Shown here: in pieces, positions 55,278-64,000 of the stretch
Position numbering within the stretch: position 1 is the stretch's first letter
Layout: the number at the start of each line of letters is the position of its first letter
Origin: an uncultured Chlorobaculum sp.
GTDB taxonomy: Bacteria; Bacteroidota; Chlorobiia; Chlorobiales; Chlorobiaceae
Reading direction: 5' to 3'
DNA length: 64,000 bases
Assembly (NCBI GenBank): GCA_965544465.1
Contig: CBEUNJ010000001.1
Span: 12,316 to 76,315, forward strand
Notes under the pieces: model-generated
What the model was told of the DNA's origin: nothing
Database searches by the model: none
Seen by the model: the letters and a program-made list of their open reading frames with translations, nothing else
Position numbers and translations under genes: made by a program

Positions 55278-55634
55278 ATGAACAGGAATTTTGAACAATG
55301 CGAAGCGGAAGTCTCGAAGACGCTGGAACTCCTTGACCGGATGCCGCAGGTGGAGCCAAGCCCCCGTTTCAGGGCACAATTGATGCAGCGAATCAACGCA
55401 ATGGAGCCGATCAATAATGGCGACAAGCCCATCGTCAGCATGGCGCTCAGCCCGAAAGTGGTATTTCTTGCCCTGCTGCTCATGCTGAATATCGCCTCGG
55501 CCATGCTGTTATTCACGAGCCAGACGCCCCAGTCGACCACCAGTGCGTCGGGTACGCTAGCCGACAGCTTCAGCGAGGACTATGGCGGACCGGCGCTCTC
55601 CTATTACGACGATCAATCGGCTCTTGGCCGCTGA
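55278..55634 (+). CDS. putative single-TM anti-sigma factor
   Basis: Directly after the ECF gene; cytoplasmic N-terminus (EPSPRFRAQLM), one TM, short periplasmic tail; no zinc motif. Confidence 0.6.
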   Translation: MNRNFEQCEAEVSKTLELLDRMPQVEPSPRFRAQLMQRINAMEPINNGDKPIVSMALSPKVVFLALLLMLNIASAMLLFTSQTPQSTTSASGTLADSFSEDYGGPALSYYDDQSALGR

Positions 55635-55735
55635 ATAAACAGGGAGAGGCAACCGGAGCAACAGCGAAATCTGGTCCGAGCGTTACCTGAGCGCCTCTCC
55701 TGACACGATGTTTTCTAATTTTTTTCTGGATACCG

Positions 55736-56293
55736 ATGGATTTTCTCTCTTCAAAGCGCTTCATCACCACGACGCTGGTTATCCTTGTCCTCCTGAATAT
55801 TGCCTTGATGGGGGTAATCTGGTGGCAGAATTTCGTTTCAAGCAGTGGCCAAACCGTTGAAGTAACCCGCTATTACAGAAGCGAACGTCCAGGTCACGTT
55901 GAACTGGAGCTGACCGAGCAGCAGAAAACCGCGTTCATGAAGCTCCGGCAGGAGCATTTCCGCAAGACCATGCCGGCTGTACGCAACATTGTGGAGCTGA
56001 AAAAGGCACTCATTTCCGAATCGATCAAGGCCTCGCCCGACAAACAGAAAATTGCGGCCATCGCCGACAGCATCGGTCAGCGTCAGGCCTGGCTTGAAAA
56101 CAATCTGGCCAACCACTTCCACGAGCTGGCCACCCTCTGCACCCCATCTCAGCGCGACTCGCTTGAAAAAATGCTCAGCCATATCTACTATGTCCGGTAC
56201 CAGAAACTGTCTTCGTGGCAGCACGGAACACCTGGCGGCCACCGGAAAATGAAGCCATTCGGCCCTCCTCCGCCACCTCCAAATCATCCATAA
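55736..56293 (+). CDS. periplasmic Spy/CpxP/ZraP (heavy-metal sensor) family protein
   Basis: N-terminal anchor, LTEQQ and LCTPSQ (LTxxQ) motifs, helical, His-containing, poly-Pro tail. Confidence 0.75.
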   Translation: MDFLSSKRFITTTLVILVLLNIALMGVIWWQNFVSSSGQTVEVTRYYRSERPGHVELELTEQQKTAFMKLRQEHFRKTMPAVRNIVELKKALISESIKASPDKQKIAAIADSIGQRQAWLENNLANHFHELATLCTPSQRDSLEKMLSHIYYVRYQKLSSWQHGTPGGHRKMKPFGPPPPPPNHP

Positions 56294-56314
56294 GAAGCTG
56301 AACGCTGTACTGCC

Positions 56315-57154
56315 ATGGCCACCAAATCCTCCTTCAAATGGAGACCATTCGTCAGCGTGAGCCTCACGCTCGCATTTCTTGCCATGACCATCTCCGGCGT
56401 TGTCCTCTATCTTTCGCCACCCGGCCGAGTGGCGAACTGGACTGACTGGAACATTCTCGGCCTGACCAAAAAAGGGTGGGAAAATCAGCACGTAGTCTTC
56501 GCAGCAGCCTTCATCATCCTGTCGATTTTTCACCTGTTCGTGCTCAACTGGAAGGCCTTCTTTACCTACCTGAAACGTAAGGCAAACAAGGGATTGAGCC
56601 ACCCGGCGGAGCTTGCAGCCTCGCTGATGCTCTTCCTGCTGTTCGGCGTCGGAACTCTCTGGCATTGGCCACCATTCGAGCAGCTCATCGCGTTTGGCGA
56701 CAAGCTTTCAGCTTCCTGGGAATACAAATCCGGAGGCCCGCCGGTGCCTCACGCTGAAGCGATGCCGCTTGATGAACTTGCCGCCCTGCCGCAGGTCGGC
56801 ACACCGGCGGAGCAGATGGTCGAAAAGCTTCGCGCAGCAGGCGTGAAGGTGCAAAGCACCAGCCAGACGCTGCAAGAGATTGCTGAGAACAACGGCATGG
56901 GGGTGCAGAAACTGTACGCAATCATCATGGAAGGCAAGCCGTCAGGAGGACTCCCCGGAAGCGGATGGGGCCGAAAAACCCTCAGCGAAGCAGCCAAAAC
57001 CATCGGCCTCACACCGCTGGCGCTGCAACAGGCGCTGAAGCAACAGGGCATCGAAACCTCGCCGGAGGAAACCATTCGTGAAATCGCTACCAGCAATGGT
57101 ATCGAACCCTCCGAACTGGTCGACAACATTGGCCGTATGGCTGAAAAACGGTAA
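56315..57154 (+). CDS. DUF4405-like membrane protein with duplicated C-terminal helical domain
   Basis: ISGVVLYLSPPGRVA.W, W...H......HL..NW pattern; two ~50-aa C-terminal repeats. Confidence 0.7.
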   Translation: MATKSSFKWRPFVSVSLTLAFLAMTISGVVLYLSPPGRVANWTDWNILGLTKKGWENQHVVFAAAFIILSIFHLFVLNWKAFFTYLKRKANKGLSHPAELAASLMLFLLFGVGTLWHWPPFEQLIAFGDKLSASWEYKSGGPPVPHAEAMPLDELAALPQVGTPAEQMVEKLRAAGVKVQSTSQTLQEIAENNGMGVQKLYAIIMEGKPSGGLPGSGWGRKTLSEAAKTIGLTPLALQQALKQQGIETSPEETIREIATSNGIEPSELVDNIGRMAEKR

Positions 57155-57172
57155 ACGAACGGACGTGCGCGC

Positions 57173-57988
57173 TCAACGCCGGTGGCGGCAGAGCGCGCCG
57201 TACAGCTCGGGCCGCCGATCAGCGAAAATGTCGTTGAACTCATTGAAGCTCTTGTCGCGGCACGGACGGGGATCAATCTCCGAAACCATCACCCGATCGC
57301 CCTCGGCATCGGCAAGCGCAACCGCTTCCCCCCACGGATCGTACACCGCCGAACACCCCTTGAACAGCAACGTCTCCTCACCTCGCGTTTCGGTGCCACA
57401 CCGGTTGGCCACCGCGACGTAGAGCTTGTTTTCGATAGCGCGGGCAGGCATGACCTTGCGCCACGCATCGGTCACGAGGTTGGACGGGCAGGCAATCAGC
57501 TCCGCCCCATCGAGCGCCAGCGAGCGGCCCACCTCGGGAAAGCGCCAGTCGTAGCAGAGCATGATGCCGATGGAGAGATCCAGCCGCTCGTCGCGAACGA
57601 CAGGAAAGCCGGTATCGCCGGGCTCGAAGACAAAGCGCTCTTTGTAAAAGAGATGGGACTTGCGATAGATGAGCGGTTCCGGGACGTCAGGCCGAAAGAC
57701 AAACACCGAATTATAGAAGAGCCCGCCTGCGGCTTCCGGCACTCCCGCGACGATGATCGCCCGCTTTTTGTCGGCCAAGCGATGGAAAAAGCCGCACGCC
57801 CTGCCACCCAGCACTTCAGCGAACGGTTCGAGCTCTTCGCGCGAGACGAAAAAATAGCCGCTCGTGCACAGCTCGGGCAACACGATGACATCCGCTTCGA
57901 CCGATGCAAGCAGCTTGCCAATCGCCTCAAGATTTGCATCGGGCTCGCCGAGACAGGGCGTGAACTGAACGGTTGCGAGTCGAATCAT
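57173..57988 (-). CDS. carbon-nitrogen hydrolase (nitrilase superfamily)
   Basis: Glu-Lys-Cys triad: [19 protein letters not shown]. Confidence 0.92.
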   Translation of the reverse strand: MIRLATVQFTPCLGEPDANLEAIGKLLASVEADVIVLPELCTSGYFFVSREELEPFAEVLGGRACGFFHRLADKKRAIIVAGVPEAAGGLFYNSVFVFRPDVPEPLIYRKSHLFYKERFVFEPGDTGFPVVRDERLDLSIGIMLCYDWRFPEVGRSLALDGAELIACPSNLVTDAWRKVMPARAIENKLYVAVANRCGTETRGEETLLFKGCSAVYDPWGEAVALADAEGDRVMVSEIDPRPCRDKSFNEFNDIFADRRPELYGALCRHRR

Positions 57989-59526
57989 GAGCGGCCACCT
58001 CCCGAAGCCCGAATTTTCTGTTTCACCATCCGCACCACCGCCAGTGCCTCGTTACGGAAAATGAGCACACCCAGCGCCAGATAGAGCAGCACAATCAACA
58101 GCTTCACCCACATGGTTGCCCCACCCTCAATCCCGAAGCGAGCAAGCTGGGCAAGCAGATCGCCGTGCCACGCCGCGAACGCCAGACCTGCGCCGAGCAA
58201 AATCGCCAGCCGCCCCCAGTCGTAGCTGATCGGGTAGAACCGGACAGAGAAGAAGCCCATGCAGAGACTCATGACCGACGTGCCAAGCAGAATCGCCACC
58301 GCCGCGCCATCCATACCGGCAAGCGGAATAAGAAACCAGCAGCCAAGCGTCGTCACGGCGGCTCCAGCGAAGGTCACAACCGGCAGATATTTGGTCTTTC
58401 CGGTAATCAAAAGACCGGCGGAGAGGTTGGTGGAAATCATGTCGAACACGTAGCTGAAAAAAATCCACGGCAGAATCGACATGCCCATCCAGTATTTCGG
58501 CGGCAACAGATAGAGCGTGCCGCCCCAGTGGTAACGCACCAGATCGGGCACGAAAAAGGTGCAAGCCACGGCGAGCACAATCACTGCGATACCCGACAGA
58601 TTCATCACCTGACGAAAGAGCGGCTTGGCCTCCGGGTCATCGGCGTGTTGTAGAAAAAAGGGCTGCCAGGCGAAACGAAACACCTGGATGAACATCTGGA
58701 GCGCCACGCCAAACGCCGCCACCCGGCCGTAAATACCGGTAATATCCGACGCCTGGAACCCCGCGCCGTACAGTCGCTCGATGTCATGCTGCGGAATGCG
58801 GATCAACAGGTTCCGGTCGATCAGGTGAATCAGAAGCCCCGCGATACCGGTCGGCACGTACGGCAGACCGATGCGCAACAACTCCCGGTGGAGGCTGGGC
58901 GAAAACACAGGCCGGAGATTCTTTAGCACCGGCAGGATAAACAGCAAGCTCACCGCCGAACCAAGCGCCTCGCCGATGAACACGCCCGACAGCCCCGCGT
59001 GGAATCCAAGGATCAGCACGAAGGTGCTCACCACCCCGCCGACAACCCCCATCACCTTGGCCAGCGCGAACGGAATCGCCTTGCGCTTCAGCCGCAACTC
59101 CGCGAACGGCACAACCAGCAGCGTATCGATAAACAGGATCGCTGCGGCGTACTGGATGTAGATGCCCGATTCGGGAGCCAGACCGATAGCGGTCGCAATC
59201 GAAGGGGCGAACAGCAGCAAGAGGCCGGAAAAAAGCAGCGAGGTCACGAACAGGCTGATGAAGGCCGTCGAAAAATAGGGGCGCTCATCCTCGTTGCGTT
59301 TGATGGCGTCCGAGGCGACCTTCAGATAGGAGGTTTCAAGACCGTAAGCGAACATAACGTTCGCCAAGGCGATATTGGCATAGACAACCGCCTGGATGCC
59401 GTTGTCAAAGGTGGAGAGCTTGTTGGCGTAGAGCGGAACGAGAATGTAGTTCAGACTGCGGGCCAGAATGGTGCTCGCACCGTAAATGACCGTATCCTTG
59501 GCAAGAAGCTTGAGTTTGGAGAACAT
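57985..59526 (-). CDS. Wzx-like polysaccharide flippase (MOP superfamily)
   Basis: About 14 TM; [15 protein letters not shown]......IDR, IYG. Confidence 0.85.
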   Translation of the reverse strand: MFSKLKLLAKDTVIYGASTILARSLNYILVPLYANKLSTFDNGIQAVVYANIALANVMFAYGLETSYLKVASDAIKRNEDERPYFSTAFISLFVTSLLFSGLLLLFAPSIATAIGLAPESGIYIQYAAAILFIDTLLVVPFAELRLKRKAIPFALAKVMGVVGGVVSTFVLILGFHAGLSGVFIGEALGSAVSLLFILPVLKNLRPVFSPSLHRELLRIGLPYVPTGIAGLLIHLIDRNLLIRIPQHDIERLYGAGFQASDITGIYGRVAAFGVALQMFIQVFRFAWQPFFLQHADDPEAKPLFRQVMNLSGIAVIVLAVACTFFVPDLVRYHWGGTLYLLPPKYWMGMSILPWIFFSYVFDMISTNLSAGLLITGKTKYLPVVTFAGAAVTTLGCWFLIPLAGMDGAAVAILLGTSVMSLCMGFFSVRFYPISYDWGRLAILLGAGLAFAAWHGDLLAQLARFGIEGGATMWVKLLIVLLYLALGVLIFRNEALAVVRMVKQKIRASGGGRS

Positions 59527-59550
59527 CCGAAGAGCGTTCCGAACAGTGGA

Positions 59551-59901
59551 TCAGGCGTTCTTGTTGTTTTGCGGCCCGGCAGAACCGTCGGTCGCGGAGG
59601 CCTGCTCTTTGTGCTTCCTGACCGCGTCCATATCAACCTGGAACTTGCCCTCTTTCTGGACAACCGGAATCTTGGAGATGACCTCGCGCAGGTGCTTCTG
59701 CGCCTCGGCCTGCTGCTGCTTGAGGTCTTCGAGCTCCTTGCCGGTCAGCCCGACCGGATTATCCTTGTCGATAAGCCCCTGCTTGAACGTTTCGATCTCC
59801 ATATTCTGCTCCTCCTTCATGTGCTGGACAAAGCGGGAAAGGAAAAAAACGAGCATGAAAAATACCGACAATGCAAAACCGAGAATGATGATCCAGCTCA
59901 T
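59551..59901 (-). CDS. hypothetical protein, single N-terminal TM
   Basis: 116 aa, first gene of a tightly spaced minus-strand run (24-nt gap to the flippase). Confidence 0.7.
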   Translation of the reverse strand: MSWIIILGFALSVFFMLVFFLSRFVQHMKEEQNMEIETFKQGLIDKDNPVGLTGKELEDLKQQQAEAQKHLREVISKIPVVQKEGKFQVDMDAVRKHKEQASATDGSAGPQNNKNA

Positions 59902-60178
59902 AATGAACAGCTTGTAAAATTAGCGACGGGTTATGGTTGGCGTGAACACCGCAAAAAGCGCCGAAGCGTCAATCGGGTGAGCGATTCGTTCAGCAACGCC
60001 CCGGAGTGTTCAGCCGGTGCTTGAAAATAACATGAATTTTCCTGATAATGAATCTTTCAATTTTAGGCGGCTCAAAAAGATTTTGAATCCGGCAACCGCT
60101 GAAACGCGAGCGTTGGCAGCAATGCCCTGTTTTTTCCGGCGACCAGCCCGCCGCGCCACCGAACCCAACACGAGCATC

Positions 60179-61150
60179 ATGAACAGATCAATGGCCACGG
60201 TACAGGAAGGAAAAACGATCCTGCTGCAAGAGGCGGACGCCCTTCGCGCGATGAGCGAACGGCTTGACGAAAGCTTCGCAAAAGCGGTCGATCTGATGCT
60301 TGAGAGCAAGGGCAAAATCATCATTTCAGGCATGGGCAAATCGGGCATCATCGGCCAGAAAATCGCCGCCACGCTCTCTTCGACCGGCACCACAGCGGTG
60401 TTCATGCACCCGGCTGAAGCGGCCCACGGCGACCTCGGCGTAGTTTCGGAAGGCGACACGGTCATCTGCCTCTCCAAAAGTGGCATGACCGAAGAACTGA
60501 ACTTCATCATTCCAGCGCTACGGGAACGCAAAGCCACCATCATCGCCTTCACCGGGAACACGCGTTCCTACCTGGCCATGAACGCCCACATCGTGCTCGA
60601 CACCAGCGTCGAACAGGAGGCCTGTCCGTACGATCTGGCTCCGACCACCTCGACAACCTCCATGCTCGCGATGGGCGACGCCTTGGCAATCTGTCTGATG
60701 AAAAAGAAGAACTTCACCGACCTCGAATTCGCCCTCACCCACCCAAAAGGCTCGCTCGGCAAGCAGTTGACGATGCGGGTCGGCGACGTCATGGCGAGCG
60801 GCGATGCGCTCCCATTAGTCCCGGAAAATGCAACCGTCGCCGACCTCATCCTCGAAATCAGCTCAAAACGCTACGGCGTCAGCGGCGTTGTCGATAGCAA
60901 GGGCCGCCTCATCGGAATCTTCACCGACGGCGACCTGCGGCGGCTGGTGCAAACCGGCGAAGGGTTCCTCGACAAAAAAGCGGCGGAAGTGATGACAGGA
61001 AATCCGAAAACCGTCTCAGCCGACATGATGGCCAAAGAGTGCCTTGAACTCCTCGAAACCTGGCGCATCACCCAGCTCATGGTCTGCGACGAAGAGCAGA
61101 AGCCCGTTGGCCTCGTACACATCCACGATCTGGTGAGTCTGGGATTGTAG
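60179..61150 (+). CDS. kdsD: arabinose-5-phosphate isomerase (KpsF/GutQ, SIS plus CBS pair)
   Basis: GMGKSG.IG.KIAAT..STGT, HP.EA.HGDLG, EACPY.LAPT.ST, HPKGSLG, FTDGDLRR; start 60179 or 60191. Confidence 0.92.
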   Translation: MNRSMATVQEGKTILLQEADALRAMSERLDESFAKAVDLMLESKGKIIISGMGKSGIIGQKIAATLSSTGTTAVFMHPAEAAHGDLGVVSEGDTVICLSKSGMTEELNFIIPALRERKATIIAFTGNTRSYLAMNAHIVLDTSVEQEACPYDLAPTTSTTSMLAMGDALAICLMKKKNFTDLEFALTHPKGSLGKQLTMRVGDVMASGDALPLVPENATVADLILEISSKRYGVSGVVDSKGRLIGIFTDGDLRRLVQTGEGFLDKKAAEVMTGNPKTVSADMMAKECLELLETWRITQLMVCDEEQKPVGLVHIHDLVSLGL

Positions 61151-61171
61151 TTTTTTTTGACGATAAGTCTG

Positions 61172-61198
61172 CGATCAGACTGATCAGTCCGATCAGCC
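61172..61198. repeat. 3 x 9-bp tandem array
   Basis: cgatcagac-tgatcagtc-cgatcagcc, containing the palindrome gactgatcagtc. Confidence 0.6.
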
Positions 61199-61203
61199 TG
61201 AAC

Positions 61204-61231
61204 ACAAAAAGCGCCAGATGGCGCTTTTTGT
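61204..61231. terminator. bidirectional intrinsic terminator (kdsD/sucD)
   Basis: ACAAAAAGCGCC-agat-GGCGCTTTTTGT perfect inverted repeat. Confidence 0.9.
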
Positions 61232-61256
61232 GTATGCAAGAACATGCGAGCAATAC

Positions 61257-62159
61257 TCAGGCTTTGCCGAGGGCTTTGAGCATTGCTTGGCCGATGTCGG
61301 CAGGGTTTTCGACCACGTTGATACCTGCGGCTTCCATTGCCTTGATCTTCTCTTCGGCGGTTCCTTTGCCGCCCGAGACGATGGCACCTGCATGACCCAT
61401 ACGGCGTCCGGGAGGCGCGGTGCGACCTGCGATAAAGCCGACGACTGGCTTCTTGAAGTGCCTTTTGATGTACTCGGCGGCCTCTTCTTCAGCGCTGCCG
61501 CCGATTTCACCGATCATGACAAGCCCTTCGGTTTCATCATCCTTGGCGAACATTTTGATAGCGTCGAGGAAGCGAGTGCCGATGATCGGGTCGCCGCCGA
61601 TACCGATGCAGGTGGACTGGCCAAGACCGACCTCGGTGAGCTGGTGCACCGCCTCGTAGGTCAGGGTTCCGCTGCGCGAGACGACACCGATGGAGCCTTT
61701 TTTGTGGATAAAGCCGGGCATGATGCCAACTTTGGCTTCGCCGGGGGTGATGACGCCAGGGCAGTTCGGGCCGACCAGCACTGCGCCTTTCTCCTGCACG
61801 AAGCTGTAGGCCTTCATCATATCGTTGACCGGAATGCCTTCGGTGATGCAGATGATCACGTTCAGTCCGGCATCGGCGGCCTCCATGATGGCGTCAGCGG
61901 CAAACGGCGCGGGCACGAAAATGACCGTGGCGTTGGCTTCGGCCTTCTCCACTGCGTCGCGGACGGTATCGAACACCGGAACCGGACGGCAGAATTGGTC
62001 TTTTTCATTGCCGTTATAGAGCATTCCGCCCTTGCCGGGCGTGACACCAGCGACGACATTGGTGCCATATTCGAGAATCTGCGAGGTGTGAAACGTGCCT
62101 TCGCTACCGGTGATTCCCTGCACAACCAGACGGGTATCTTTATTGACCAGTACGCTCAT
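61257..62159 (-). CDS. sucD: succinyl-CoA synthetase alpha subunit
   Basis: [44 protein letters not shown]. Confidence 0.97.
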   Translation of the reverse strand: MSVLVNKDTRLVVQGITGSEGTFHTSQILEYGTNVVAGVTPGKGGMLYNGNEKDQFCRPVPVFDTVRDAVEKAEANATVIFVPAPFAADAIMEAADAGLNVIICITEGIPVNDMMKAYSFVQEKGAVLVGPNCPGVITPGEAKVGIMPGFIHKKGSIGVVSRSGTLTYEAVHQLTEVGLGQSTCIGIGGDPIIGTRFLDAIKMFAKDDETEGLVMIGEIGGSAEEEAAEYIKRHFKKPVVGFIAGRTAPPGRRMGHAGAIVSGGKGTAEEKIKAMEAAGINVVENPADIGQAMLKALGKA

Positions 62160-62195
62160 AAATTGATAATCGTTTGTGGTGTTATAAAATAGCCG

Positions 62196-63641
62196 TCAGT
62201 TCGACGGAGCTGTCTGGCAAAATGACTGGAGATTGCGTGCAATCCCGAGCATCTTGCCCTCTTCGAAAAAGTTGCAGATCAGATGGACGCCCACCGGCAG
62301 ACCAAGGCTGTCAAAGCCGACCGGCACGCTGACCGCCGGCATACCAACGATGCTGGCCGGAACGGTAAAGACATCGGCCAGATACATGTCCAGCGGGTTG
62401 TCCATCTTGTCACCGATGCCGAACGGCGGAAAGGGCGAGGTCGGTCCGGCGATCACATCAACCTTCTCGAACGCCTCGCGATACTTGTTCTGGAAGACCC
62501 GGCGCACCTGCTGCGCTTTTTTGTAATAGGTGTCGTAGTAGCCCGCCGACAGCACATAGGTGCCAAGCATGATGCGGCGCTTGACCTCGGCGCCAAACCC
62601 CTCGGTGCGCGAGTTGACGTACATGCTCGTCAGGTCGGACGAGTCGGGCGAACGATAGCCATAACGCACGCCGTCGAACCGGGCGAGATTCGAAGAGGCT
62701 TCGGCGGTGACGAGAATGTAGTAGGCCGCGATAGCGTAATCGCTGTCGGGAAGGTCAATGTCAACCAGCTCCGCGCCCGCATCTTCAAGTTTTTTGAGCC
62801 CCGCCTTGACCACGCCGGCCACATCGGCGTTCAGGCTCTCCGGGAAAAAGGCGGAGGGCACGCCGACACGCAGTCCTTCGAGCGAGACGCGATCCATCGT
62901 GGCTTCGTAGTCGGGCACTTCGTGGTGCGACGAAGTTGCGTCGCGCTCGTCCTGTCCGGCAATGACGCCAAGCACGAGCGCCGCATCGTCGCAGTTGGCG
63001 GCAAGCACGCCGATTTGGTCGAACGACGAAGCGAAGGCCACCAGTCCGTAGCGCGAAATGCGCCCGTAGGTCGGCTTAAGGCCGACAACGTTGCAGAAGC
63101 CTCCGGGTTGGCGAACCGAGCCGCCGGTATCGGAACCGAGCGCCACCATGCAGAGATCGTTGGCCACCGCCGCCGCCGAGCCGCCAGAGCTACCGCCGGG
63201 CACGCGGGTCTTGTCGTACGGATTGGGCACCGGCCCAATGGCAGAGTTCTCGTTGGAGCTGCCCATCGCGAACTCGTCCATGTTGGTGCGGCCAACGAAC
63301 ATGGCGTCCTCAGCAACCATCCGCTCGATGGCGGTGGCGTCATAGACGCTCTCGTAGCCTGCGAGAATCTTCGAGGCGCAGCTCAAAGGCGCGCCCTTTA
63401 TGGCGATGTTGTCCTTGATGGCAATCGGCATACCGAATAGCACGCCGGGCTCCTCGCCCCGCTCAAGCTTGGCATCAAGTTCGCGAGCGCGTTCGAGCGC
63501 CGCTTCATGAAAAACAGCGGTGAAAATATTCTCATCCTTGTGAGCATCGATACGCTGTAAATAATCGGTAATAACCTGCTCGCAGGTCAGCTCACGGGAG
63601 AGCAGTCTGGACCTGAGGTCCTCATATCGCGAAAACTGCAC
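62196..63641 (-). CDS. gatA: Asp/Glu-tRNA amidotransferase subunit A
   Basis: [49 protein letters not shown]; GTG start at 63641. Confidence 0.96.
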   Translation of the reverse strand: MQFSRYEDLRSRLLSRELTCEQVITDYLQRIDAHKDENIFTAVFHEAALERARELDAKLERGEEPGVLFGMPIAIKDNIAIKGAPLSCASKILAGYESVYDATAIERMVAEDAMFVGRTNMDEFAMGSSNENSAIGPVPNPYDKTRVPGGSSGGSAAAVANDLCMVALGSDTGGSVRQPGGFCNVVGLKPTYGRISRYGLVAFASSFDQIGVLAANCDDAALVLGVIAGQDERDATSSHHEVPDYEATMDRVSLEGLRVGVPSAFFPESLNADVAGVVKAGLKKLEDAGAELVDIDLPDSDYAIAAYYILVTAEASSNLARFDGVRYGYRSPDSSDLTSMYVNSRTEGFGAEVKRRIMLGTYVLSAGYYDTYYKKAQQVRRVFQNKYREAFEKVDVIAGPTSPFPPFGIGDKMDNPLDMYLADVFTVPASIVGMPAVSVPVGFDSLGLPVGVHLICNFFEEGKMLGIARNLQSFCQTAPSN

Positions 63642-64000
63642 GTCTGTTCTGGCTGGATTAGTTGAAGGGCTTTTTGAAAAACTCCACAAGACGATGACCG
63701 CACCAGGCGGTGTTCGGCTCGCTCATGACACGCTGTTCATGTCGCCCTGAAGATCGTATTCATCTGCATGATGCGGCGGGAAGAGAACAACCTCTGCGTA
63801 AACCGAAGGTGCTGCCGGCCGGAAGAGTACGGAACTCTGTCGTCATGACAGTTTGTATAATAATAAATTACTGTCTATAATTCAATTTCGTGGACATCGC
63901 TAGCAACCTTACCAGATAAACGCTCGACCTGCAGAGTCAAAACTTCGGATAATCAGCACTAACCTTAGGAATAATATAACGTTACATGCTTCATTGGTTC

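Noticed and set aside
63642-64000. Short ORFs and a 6-bp inverted repeat (gacagt/actgtc, 63847-63875) upstream of gatA
   Set aside because: ORFs of about 50 aa or less without motifs; the repeat is too short; context is cut off by the window edge.

Overview
This is a gene-dense, GC-rich chromosomal segment of a green sulfur bacterium, most likely Chlorobaculum. The taxon is inferred from petC-petB without a c1/f gene, crtU, crtC and a small chlorosome-envelope-like ORF. Content is mostly housekeeping: His and purine synthesis (hisI, purH, purN, purF, apt), tRNA modification (queG, queE, mtaB), translation (ileS, gltX, gatA, rpsA, era, ychF, tRNA-Ala(GGC), tRNA-Phe(GAA)), envelope and nucleotide sugars (rfbACDB-manC, ugd, lpxB, kdsD, murI, rodA, ftsX, a flippase), carotenoids (crtU, crtC), cytochrome bc (petCB), ftsH, ispH and sucD. 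I found no CRISPR array, prophage, rRNA or intact transposase. The most notable observations are: (1) a four-gene ECF sigma / anti-sigma / Spy-CpxP / DUF4405 module with a 142-bp MITE (15-bp TIRs, TTGA target duplication) upstream; (2) a coiled-coil plus winged-helix protein behind an A-tract-rich region, with silencer-like architecture; (3) cmk has no ATG/GTG/TTG start and probably begins at ATC after a GAGGAG Shine-Dalgarno; (4) a 73-aa CsmB/F/H-like protein just downstream of a rhamnose pathway that has no transferase; (5) degenerate 9-bp-period arrays at four intergenic sites; (6) a branched palindromic REP/RPE-like element. All family assignments come from motif recognition only; no searches were run.
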